The notes beneath the pieces were generated by a model, which did no database searches, had not been told where the DNA came from, and saw only the letters and a program-made list of their open reading frames with translations. A stretch of DNA of 64,000 nt from IMG/VR virus record IMGVR_UViG_3300020411_000003; one strand, given 5' to 3'. Origin of the DNA: a virus. Every line of letters begins with the position of its first letter. The first letter of the stretch is position 1. A program made the position numbers and the translations under genes. Below, one piece after another: positions 26,801 through 35,100 of the stretch.

Positions 26801-29353
26801 GATGACAGAAGTAAATCCGTAATCCTCTCTTACCGTTGCACCAGGATCTGTAATCGATCCACAATCGTGGATTGTTGTTGCTCCACCTGAGAGCCAAGGA
26901 TCGATTTCGTATGTCTGACCAAGAGGTATGGTTGCAACAACACCATTGAGACCAATTCTGATAATAGAAGTTGGTGATGTACCAGAGATATTCTGACTTG
27001 GTGTGATCTCGGTAATAGTACCGACACCAGGTAGACTTGCATAATCTCTGTACTCGTATAGATTCGTGGAAGAATCGTTGTAAGAGTAAGTTCTTCTCTT
27101 CTCTGTACTGATAAGAGTAGGTAGAACACCTGTACCTTCGTAAGCAAAGGATCTAAGTACAGGTTCTGCCGTTCCATCAGAAGCCCAAAGAGTACCAAAG
27201 GCATTCCAGTTAGGTGCGAATCTAACGTCAGCAACACCTCTAATTGGGAATAGAGCCTGTTTCTCATCTGGATTGAAGGATACAGATTCAACTGCTCCAC
27301 CAATCTTGTAAATCTGACCTTCACCAACGTAGTCAAATACACGTGAAGCTTCAGCATATACAATACTAAAGGCACGACCTTCACCGATGTATGGTCTAGT
27401 AACACTATAGGTTGCCTCACCAGTAACATCAATTGGAATAAATCCATTCCACTGTGGGTTGATACGTACCCAAGTCTCGGAACGAATCTTGATCGCTGCA
27501 TCGAATGTAATCTCTGCAACAAATCCTTTGGTTTGTGATGTATGTGTATTGCCAGTATAAAGGAATCCACCAAAAGGATACTGCCATACTGTCTGAGAAA
27601 TATATCCCCAATCAATATTTCCAGAGTAACCTTCAGCAACACTACCGTAATCAAAGGTAGAACCTGGTGTGTAATTAGATACAAGAGATACAGTGTATTC
27701 TGGATCTACTACCGCAACAACACCAACGTTGATTCTGACAACGGATCCTGTAGATGTACCTGAGAGGATCGTATTTGTAGTGATCTCCTCGATAGTAGCA
27801 GTTCCTGGTAACGGACCGAAGTCTGTATAACCAAATGGAACGATAGAACTATCGTTGTAATCCCATGTAACTCTCTCGTGGTATGCATCTCCAGTAAATA
27901 CAGGAATGACACCAAATGGTTGCTCACCAAATGTTCTCTTGACATTAGTGACTTCACCTGTGACAGGTATAGTACCAGAACCTCTCCAGTTAGGTACAAA
28001 GTTAACCTTGACGTTAGATTGTAGTGGAGCAATACCACCAGTACCAACGTAATCTGTGGTAACTCTCTCTTCACCACCACCAATTTTGTATAGGTTACCA
28101 GTACCCTCATAAGAGAATACAAATGCCTCGTCTGCTCTGGAGAAGTTGAACAGTACACCAGATCCAATTTCATTAGCAGTGATTCTCTCTGTGAGAACAC
28201 CACGAACCATACTCCTGACGAATCCATTCCATCTAGGTTTGGTTCTTCCTCTACCTTCACCCTGTACCTTGATTTCACCACGACCAATCCAATTAGGTAC
28301 GTAGTTTTGTTTAGCAGTACCCTTAAGTTGACCGATACCGTATGGGAACAGAGTACCAGTGATACTAAGATAACCCCAGTCAAGGTTGGTTGTCTTACCA
28401 ACAGATACTGGAGCATGTTCAATCGCAGTGGTATATGTACCAGAATGCGGTGCAACCTTAAATCCACCTGGATCTACAGTTGCAGTTATTGTAGGATTAA
28501 CTTGTACAACAGAACCAGTACTTATACCTGACAGTACTTGGTTTGTAGTAATGATTTGATAGGACTGTATCGGAATCGTTCCGTAGTCCTCATATTCGAA
28601 TGGAACAACAGCAGAACTATTATATGCGTATGTTCTTCTGTTATCTTCGCTATTAATATTAGGTAGAGTACCTGAACCCTCAAATCCAAATGTACGCTTA
28701 ACTTCTGAGACTTCTCCAGATATCTGGGCTGTACCTGATCCCACCCAGTTAGGTCTAAAGGAAACCCCTGCGTTACTTCTGAATCTGAATAGTCCTTTGG
28801 ACTCAATAGCAATACTTCTAGTAACTGTACCAGAACCAATCTTGTACAGTTCACCTTCACCAACTTCATTCTTCGCAAAAGATTCAGTAGTGAGGGACTG
28901 GATCCCAAACAGTCCAAAGACTTCGATGTCTGGAACCCAGTGTGTAACCGCACTGCCTGTAACTCGTACTGTACCAGTAACGATCCAAGGAGCCACCAGA
29001 CGATAGTAGGTGTCTCCCATTTCGAAGACAGTACCAGAACCAACCCATGCATGTAGTACTGTCCACTGTGTCGCAGTTTTCGGTCTGATAGTACCGAACG
29101 GACGGACAATATCCGTGTAAATTATTCTACCCCAATCATCAACTTCTACAGCTTCTACATCGTTGATAGATCCACCGTCAATAACGGTAGTGGGTGTTAA
29201 TGCTAATGAATTTAAACCGTAATCAAGTTCTATAAACGGTTCAATGCATGAAGGATCCCATGTATATGATGCTCTCTCACCACTAAAAATACGCAGCGCA
29301 AAACTAGACCCATAAGGTCCACCTATACCAGTTGTATAGACATGCGTTGCCAT
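23900..29353 (-). CDS. Large repetitive virion structural protein (1817 aa)
   Basis: Many degenerate repeats such as F.GEGRIFNISGASES.TF.P and TFAEQP; higher GC than the neighbouring genes. Its 3' half is essentially free of off-frame stops (see findings). Confidence 0.85.
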   Translation of the reverse strand: MATHVYTTGIGGPYGSSFALRIFSGERASYTWDPSCIEPFIELDYGLNSLALTPTTVIDGGSINDVEAVEVDDWGRIIYTDIVRPFGTIRPKTATQWTVLHAWVGSGTVFEMGDTYYRLVAPWIVTGTVRVTGSAVTHWVPDIEVFGLFGIQSLTTESFAKNEVGEGELYKIGSGTVTRSIAIESKGLFRFRSNAGVSFRPNWVGSGTAQISGEVSEVKRTFGFEGSGTLPNINSEDNRRTYAYNSSAVVPFEYEDYGTIPIQSYQIITTNQVLSGISTGSVVQVNPTITATVDPGGFKVAPHSGTYTTAIEHAPVSVGKTTNLDWGYLSITGTLFPYGIGQLKGTAKQNYVPNWIGRGEIKVQGEGRGRTKPRWNGFVRSMVRGVLTERITANEIGSGVLFNFSRADEAFVFSYEGTGNLYKIGGGEERVTTDYVGTGGIAPLQSNVKVNFVPNWRGSGTIPVTGEVTNVKRTFGEQPFGVIPVFTGDAYHERVTWDYNDSSIVPFGYTDFGPLPGTATIEEITTNTILSGTSTGSVVRINVGVVAVVDPEYTVSLVSNYTPGSTFDYGSVAEGYSGNIDWGYISQTVWQYPFGGFLYTGNTHTSQTKGFVAEITFDAAIKIRSETWVRINPQWNGFIPIDVTGEATYSVTRPYIGEGRAFSIVYAEASRVFDYVGEGQIYKIGGAVESVSFNPDEKQALFPIRGVADVRFAPNWNAFGTLWASDGTAEPVLRSFAYEGTGVLPTLISTEKRRTYSYNDSSTNLYEYRDYASLPGVGTITEITPSQNISGTSPTSIIRIGLNGVVATIPLGQTYEIDPWLSGGATTIHDCGSITDPGATVREDYGFTSVISSIRTKVSEYPFGKLVSFTSLAHDSQTKIFISDATEWDHAIKIRAEGEVRVPPQWVTNDPTLWTWSGAAECTVVIPPTTPPLFKFAGGYTDLKFITAEVGSAHMELSGTCQEAVVSDVFRFVVTDVSGTAAESFSLHFHGSGNLFTIGQSAEAITIDIPAFQADLTFGGLASQKFTASEQFTVDIDLSGTAIERQTDDWVGQSHTEIFNVSVVPLITKHWTGEGRIFNFSGAVEAVTFNPLELGALFDFTGRLDESRAIAIAGLVHTEVRGTASPAILTFAEQPFGRTEVYGQADILRTHAYTGDGQVFSVGGAAESFTLKLPEFTADAVLKGAVTQSFTFGGNIGFGSFTVFGEIADPLLTFAEQPLGDIYLSGDAIVVNVDIHFGEGGLFSIGAADEAITIKIPAFQADIAFRPEKAGISATYREIGQANLQIFGEVTEPILTFAEQPRIEVDIYGAGTSSKTKVWVGEGRIFSISGASESVTFVLPEFQADMVFKGFGSFKQTFSERFTIESKVRGTASVKYIPNWIGSGTTTIDVTSTFSRTKIFIGEGRIFNISGASESVTFNPEERQLLFSIGGTRATENVVWSPDEVPVPLDITGEAFERFTPNNIGSGTIYVDVDTSERIAKDFVGEGRIFNISGASESFTVNPDETTALFSIGGVSSQVVVRREIVFGTLFAFSGASESVGVVPEATGLFTFKGRAEEATTYAEVGFGNLFNFVTSIERRTFDWTSQVNLTISGVADEKHTEAYSGFGNLYNFSGAAETITFSPELYGVVHVFGAADTPRTRVTVGTGSFFTWNNASESRAIAVENVAIFDFLGVARQAVTRNILTDVTVEVRGSGAESFTRKGYVGEGSAQIYGESASSITRIEEGTGRIDVFEEDNVPLIVKAFVGSGNIPSLSSAEVLRVFSYDGHCPIEIDVSTTVIAPYQRFVSEGGIILHVGDADTRRIQVAPPRSYGWII

Positions 29354-29374
29354 TAATTCAAATACCCTCCACTA

Positions 29375-29407
29375 AAATAAAAAAGGGGATCCAGTAATGA
29401 ATCCCCT
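29375..29407 (-). terminator. Intrinsic terminator
   Basis: On -: GGGGAUUC-AUUACU-GGAUCCCC followed by UUUUUUAUUUU. Confidence 0.8.
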
Positions 29408-29438
29408 CACACATAATAATGAATTCAATTCGAACCAA

Positions 29439-30827
29439 TCAGTCGAGGCTGACGTTCAAGGTTACTTTAATTTGGTCACCTGCGTTCTGAATAGCGTAAG
29501 GACCATTCGTGAATCTCTCAGCGAAGAATATCGCATCATAGAGCGTCACAGAACCTGTACCATCAAGTGCTTTAGTAGTTGTGAAGGTATTTGCATCAGG
29601 TACTTCAAATACAATGTAAGTACCAGCAGTAGTTGTGGTATTACCTGTTCCCTGATCGATATAAACTGCATCGCCAGGAACTAATCCATGACCTGTAGCA
29701 GTTACTTTACTAAAGTCAAACTTAACAACATCATTACCGTTAGAAGTCTGAATGTTTTCAATCAGAACGTTATTGAGGTAAACAGTAACTGTTCCGTCTG
29801 CGTCATCAGTCTCATAATCGATACCAGTAATGACTGTGTTGGCATCAATACCATTAGGTGTAGTTGTTTGAGAAACTCTCATTCCAAGAGCAAGGTCTTC
29901 AGCGACATTTGCTTGGAATACTAAGTCACCACTAACAGCACCACCGTTTGCTTTGCTTAGATAAACTGTAGTACCAACGATTCCAGTAACACGTGCTCCC
30001 TGAGCAACGTTAGTTCCTGTAACACGCTGATCAACAGCAACACCAGTTGTAGATGTAACAACAACTTCGAACTCACCAGCAGTACCAGTAGCAGCAGTAG
30101 TAGCAGCAACAGCAGCAAGAGTAATGTAGTTGTTACCGATAGTTCCTCTTACACCAGACTTAGAAATCTGTGTTCCAGTAGCAGCAGTACCAGCATCAGC
30201 CACACCGTGAATGGTTGTAGGCATGTTGTTAGCACGTGAGAGGAAATAACCGTATACGTTACCAGCAGGACCATCAAAGGTAAATGTTTGCTCAGGATAA
30301 GAAGCAGTTGTTCTACCTCTACCAAAACTCAATGGTTGTGCAGTGAAGTTACCAGTGTTCTTAACACTTAAGTTAAGTGTAGTACCATCAATGTCTACAA
30401 CGTATGCACCAGTGCCGACAGAACCACCAGTAACATAGTCACCTTTTTTAATACCTGTGTTAGAAGCAACCGTAACTAGGTATGTACCAGATGTACCATC
30501 ACCATTAGTTGTAGTGACCGCAGTAGGCTCAGTTTCGATGCCCCAACGGTTACCGTTTAAAAGGATACCATACTGCTGTGCATAATCCTGATCAGTTCTA
30601 TTATTGATGATGCCAGGATAACCTGTAGTAGGTGCTCCACCATAACCGTTAGTGTTATTTTCGGTGTATGGTTCGAAATATCTTGTTTGAGAGGGAGTAT
30701 CACTCTCAGCAGGATATGTATCTGTTGTAAACAGCTTCAGAATAAGGTTTCTGGGAATGTTTTGAGAATAATTCAGCAGATTCCTTAAAGAATCAATTTC
30801 GCCGTTGTCGGTTACTAAGAGTGCCAT
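29439..30827 (-). CDS. Virion structural protein (462 aa)
   Basis: T/G/V-rich with an internal repeat (V.STTG...G..VTG..V..GA.V..I.GTT..LS..N.G); preceded by tandem late promoters. Confidence 0.8.
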   Translation of the reverse strand: MALLVTDNGEIDSLRNLLNYSQNIPRNLILKLFTTDTYPAESDTPSQTRYFEPYTENNTNGYGGAPTTGYPGIINNRTDQDYAQQYGILLNGNRWGIETEPTAVTTTNGDGTSGTYLVTVASNTGIKKGDYVTGGSVGTGAYVVDIDGTTLNLSVKNTGNFTAQPLSFGRGRTTASYPEQTFTFDGPAGNVYGYFLSRANNMPTTIHGVADAGTAATGTQISKSGVRGTIGNNYITLAAVAATTAATGTAGEFEVVVTSTTGVAVDQRVTGTNVAQGARVTGIVGTTVYLSKANGGAVSGDLVFQANVAEDLALGMRVSQTTTPNGIDANTVITGIDYETDDADGTVTVYLNNVLIENIQTSNGNDVVKFDFSKVTATGHGLVPGDAVYIDQGTGNTTTTAGTYIVFEVPDANTFTTTKALDGTGSVTLYDAIFFAERFTNGPYAIQNAGDQIKVTLNVSLD

Positions 30828-30863
30828 TGGTTAACCTTTCCTAATTACGTTGCTATGTATGAT

Positions 30864-30888
30864 TATTTATAACCACGAGGTATTTATA
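30864..30888 (-). promoter_or_regulatory. Two tandem late promoters TATAAATA (30864-30871, 30881-30888)
   Basis: Two exact matches. Confidence 0.75.
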
Positions 30889-31603
30889 GTTTTATCCTTA
30901 GTGCAACGCTAGCTTTACTGATGTTCAGCACATGGTTTACGTTGAATCTAAAGATGTCACCAGCATTAACTGTGGTGTTCCAAGTCGAAAGATTATCATC
31001 TTTCGCTTTTATTTCTGTAGAGGTATTTAGTACACCTAACTTTGGTGTTTCTGTACCTGTTATTGAAGTGAAATTCGGATAATCATCATACGCACACTTC
31101 AATATATCTATCTCAATATTACCTGCAATGTCTGCTACTAGAATCCAAGACTCGATAGTACCAGTAACATCAATTGCCATATCACCCTTTGGTCCAATTG
31201 CCATTGGGAATGATCCAGCATCGATAACAAAATTGAGAGTTCTAGTTAAATCTGCTGTTGTAACTAAAGCAACACCAGAAAATCTATGACCAGAAGTAGG
31301 AGGAGTACTAAAAACAATTTGATCGTTTGAAACGATATAGTCTGTATTTGGTTTCAGAACTACATCATTAATAGAGATCAATAATTGTTGTTCATCTATT
31401 GGTGTATATGGTGATCCGTCAACGGAAAGACTGAATGTGTCTTGTGTACCATCAAATCCACCAGAGATATCATCAAGAATTAAGTTTGTATACTGTGTAG
31501 ACTTGGTTGGAATCTGATAATTAACATCCAAGTTATACGCAGGGTTCTCTCTTAGAGCAACACTATGTTGCTGAGATCCAACTCTGACGGTATACTCTGC
31601 CAT
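30884..31603 (-). CDS. Virion structural protein
   Basis: LDDISGGFDG...FSL..DG....P..EQQLLISIN.V...P..DY, a module typical of cyanomyovirus tail-associated proteins. Confidence 0.75.
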   Translation of the reverse strand: MAEYTVRVGSQQHSVALRENPAYNLDVNYQIPTKSTQYTNLILDDISGGFDGTQDTFSLSVDGSPYTPIDEQQLLISINDVVLKPNTDYIVSNDQIVFSTPPTSGHRFSGVALVTTADLTRTLNFVIDAGSFPMAIGPKGDMAIDVTGTIESWILVADIAGNIEIDILKCAYDDYPNFTSITGTETPKLGVLNTSTEIKAKDDNLSTWNTTVNAGDIFRFNVNHVLNISKASVALRIKL

Positions 31604-31938
31604 TAGGAAGATACTCCAGGAGTTACTTCAACTAATCCTTCAATAACTCTTGTCTTATATCCAGTTGGAGCAGTCAAGAGAATGTCATAGACATATCTTC
31701 TACGGTCTAACGCACCTGTTTCTGTACTATTCATGGAGATACCAATCTCACCTGAAGTTCTATTAACAAAAACAAGAGGTACAGCAATAGCATTCGCTGA
31801 TGCATGACTAGTTTTAAAATTAGCCTCACCAGTATATCCTGTCATGTTTAGTGGCGTACCATCTTTATTTGTGATAAAGAAAGTCACGTCAAAATTTGCA
31901 TGACGGTCAACGACTATATTTACAGGTATCGCTGCCAT
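31603..31938 (-). CDS. Small Ig-like virion protein (baseplate/fibre adaptor-like)
   Basis: DGTPLNMTGYT...GEI.ISM...ET..L...RYVYDI.LT....KTRVIEG...V.PGV. Confidence 0.7.
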   Translation of the reverse strand: MAAIPVNIVVDRHANFDVTFFITNKDGTPLNMTGYTGEANFKTSHASANAIAVPLVFVNRTSGEIGISMNSTETGALDRRRYVYDILLTAPTGYKTRVIEGLVEVTPGVSS

Positions 31939-31957
31939 TAGACTCTAGAATTTAATC

Positions 31958-32173
31958 TTATTTAGTAGGTTTTTTAGGCGGTAATGGTTTTCCACCATTA
32001 GCCGCAAGTTCATCTGGGTCAGGAGATTCTAAAAGATCTAGTGTCTCCAATCCACCGATGATTTTAATTCTATACTCTTTCAACTCATTTAGACTTTTTT
32101 CTGTAGTAGAAATCTTAGTTTCAGTCTCAGATAATTGTCTGGTAAATTCTGAACGTATTTTAGCAGCTTCCAT
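31958..32173 (-). CDS. Small coiled-coil hypothetical protein (possible fibre chaperone)
   Basis: 71 aa with a heptad pattern; directly follows the long fibre gene. Confidence 0.65.
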   Translation of the reverse strand: MEAAKIRSEFTRQLSETETKISTTEKSLNELKEYRIKIIGGLETLDLLESPDPDELAANGGKPLPPKKPTK

Positions 32174-32199
32174 AATAAAAATGCATATAAACTATTTAT

Positions 32200-35100
32200 T
32201 TAAGTCTTCATGATGTAGCATAGAGCATAGTACTTAGGCATAACGTTCAACGCAGATCCACCTCCAGTACCTGTGGTGGATCCAGATGTAGCTCCTGTGT
32301 TAGTGCTGCTAACAGTACTTGTGCTTGGTGATGCACTACCAGTATTTCCACTACCAGCACCAGTGGTTCCACTTATGCTAACCGTTGTAGTATGAGTATG
32401 GTCTTCACTAACTCCTAAAGTATCGAAGTAGTGTGCGTGAGTTCCTGCATCTCCAGTTGTAGCAGCAACGTTACCCATGTTAGCATTTACTGCCTCAGTG
32501 TGATAGTCACCTGTGAATAAAGAACTGTGAGTAACATAACTGTGGTTATGAAGACCAGCATCAGATGTGTTTCCACTGTGATAATGGTTATCACTTTGTA
32601 CTCCACTAGTTCCAGTTCCTGATCCACTGAATGAGTGAGTATGACTTCCAATACTGTGAGTATGACTTGATACAGTGTGACTGTGAGAAGGAAGTGAGTG
32701 AGAGTGACTATTAACTGTATGAGTATGAGAAGGCATATTCGAAGTTGATATGCTTACAGTCTCAGAACCACCTGTATCACCAACACTATAACTGCTACCA
32801 GCACCAAGAACAAATCTATCTCTTAAGTCAGGAGTACTGTTGTTACCATCACAAAGAACCCATCCAGAAGGAATATTAGATTGTGATCCAGACCACATTA
32901 TGATACCACCAGAAGGGAATGCACTACCTTGTGAAGATCCAGTCTGTGCTTGATTAGTCCACTTACTAGATGCACTATCCCAAGCAAGAACATCATTATC
33001 ATTAGGAGAACCAGTAATATTAGTATCTGTTAAATCTCCAACAGCTAAATCAGGTGTAGGAGCATCAATCCATTCTAACTGAGGTGTTGCACCACCAGTA
33101 GTACTTAAAATCTGCCCAGCTTCACCAACCTCATCATCTTTATCTAAGAGACCACCATGAATCTTAACTACACCATCCCCAGTTTCAAATCTAAGTGTAT
33201 TTGCATAGTATAAAGCACATTCAGCACCTTGCACAAACCTTGCCATTGTTGTGGATACACTATCAAGTTGGATAGTGGTTCCACTACCAGGAATTCCTAT
33301 ATGGAAAGTACTATCAGCATAACTGTAGAGATACGTTGAACTATTATTATTTCTAATTTCAGTTCTCTTAGAGTTATTACCCACTAATAGGTAAGAATCA
33401 GAATCTGCGTTACCTATCTTAAGTTTGTTATTTGAGTTATCCCATGTTAGAGAAGCATCTCCACCAAAGGAATCAGAATCATTAAACTGTACATGTGTAT
33501 CAGAACCACCAGGATCTGTACTACCAGCACCAGCAGCATCTGCTTGGTTAGTCCACTTACTTGTAGCAGCATTCCACTTAAGTACCTGACCACTAGAAGG
33601 AGATCCAGTAATAACAACATCATTCAAATCTGCAATAACAGAAGATCCAGTTAGATAAGAACTTAGATCTGGTGGAGTATATTTGAATACACCATTAGCA
33701 TTATTATAAGAAATAGCACCAGTTCCAGAAGCAGTATTTGGTGATCCTACTGATATACTTCCAAGTGATATGAAAGTACTAAGGTCAGGAGGAGTATATG
33801 AGAATACACCAGTAGCATTGTTATAAGATAATGCTGCTGTACCTGCTGTGTTAGTGTTTACAGAAAGATCTGATAATGCAATACCACTTGCAGCAGCAAC
33901 CCAATCATAATCTGTACCATTCCAACTAAGAACTTCACCAGAAGAAGCAGTGCTCTTATTCAGATGAACATCAACAGCAGCATTGATAGTACCTGACAAT
34001 CCAGAAATAGATGCTCCACTGAAACTAATGGTAGCACTTTGGAAGTCTACAGAGGTTCCTGCTGCGTTAAGATTACCACCCGTATCAATATCAACACCAT
34101 CAGTAGTTGCAACCTTACCAGTAACATTTACACCCTGTGCAGAGTCTACAATATTTGATAGATGTTGTGTTTCATCAGTCTGTGCTTCCCATCTACCGTT
34201 AGTACCACTATATTTTAATACATCTCCATCAGATATAGTTCCAGTAGTTACATCAGTAAGATCATTTAGAGCAACAGAAGTTAAGTAACTACTTAAATCT
34301 TGAGGAGTAAATGAGAATACACCAGTGGAGTTGTTATATGACATTCCACCAGTAGAAGTTGCACCATTATTAGGACCAACAGAAAATGCTGTTAGGTCTG
34401 TACTTACAGCAGAAAGATCTGGAGGAGTATATGAGAATACACCAGTACCATTATTATATGATAATGCTGCTGTACCTGCTGCGTTAGTGGTTACAGAAAG
34501 ATCTGTTAGTGCAATACCAGAACCACTTGATGCTGTTTGGTCAGGAGCAGAAATCCATTTACTTGTACCAGAATCCCATTTTAATACATGTCCGTCTGTA
34601 GGGGTTCCAGTATTAACGTCAGCAAGATCATTAATATTTGAACTAGCAAGACTTATTGAAGTTAGATATGTATTACTATCAACAGAACCATCTGCTTTTA
34701 AGAATTGAGATGATGTTCCACTTGTCTTGACAAATTTGTTACCAGTTATATCACCAGTAGATCCATCGATGGTTGCTCTCCATACGTTAGTAGCAAGGTT
34801 ACCAATGGATAAACCAATACCATCAGCAGTATTGATTCCAACACCCTGAGTAGCATTTAAACTAATAGCATAGTTTCCATTATTCTGTACATCCAACCTA
34901 CCAGGATTACCAGATGATCCTGCAAATGTAGCGTTGCTGGTTGTAATACCACCTCTTCCAACTACATCATTAAGGGTATCTGTTTCGGTATATCCAGTTA
35001 GATAACCACTTAGATCTGGTGGAGTGTATGTGAATACACCAGTAGAATTATCATAGGCAACTCCACCACCACCTGAAGCAGCAGCATTAGAACCTACAGA

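Noticed and set aside
23884-29109. Annotating the long +1/-1 frame ORFs (960, 756, 284, 252 and 195 aa) as independent genes
   Set aside because: They have no recognisable domains or RBS and their compositions look like shadows of the main frame, so they are not listed as CDS. The stop depletion that creates them is kept as a finding.
33785-34520. Near-identical ~100-bp repeat pair as a DGR template/variable repeat
   Set aside because: The differences (c/g, a/g, t/a, c/t, g/t, t/a, g/a) are not adenine-specific on either strand, both copies are in-frame inside one gene, and no RT is present.
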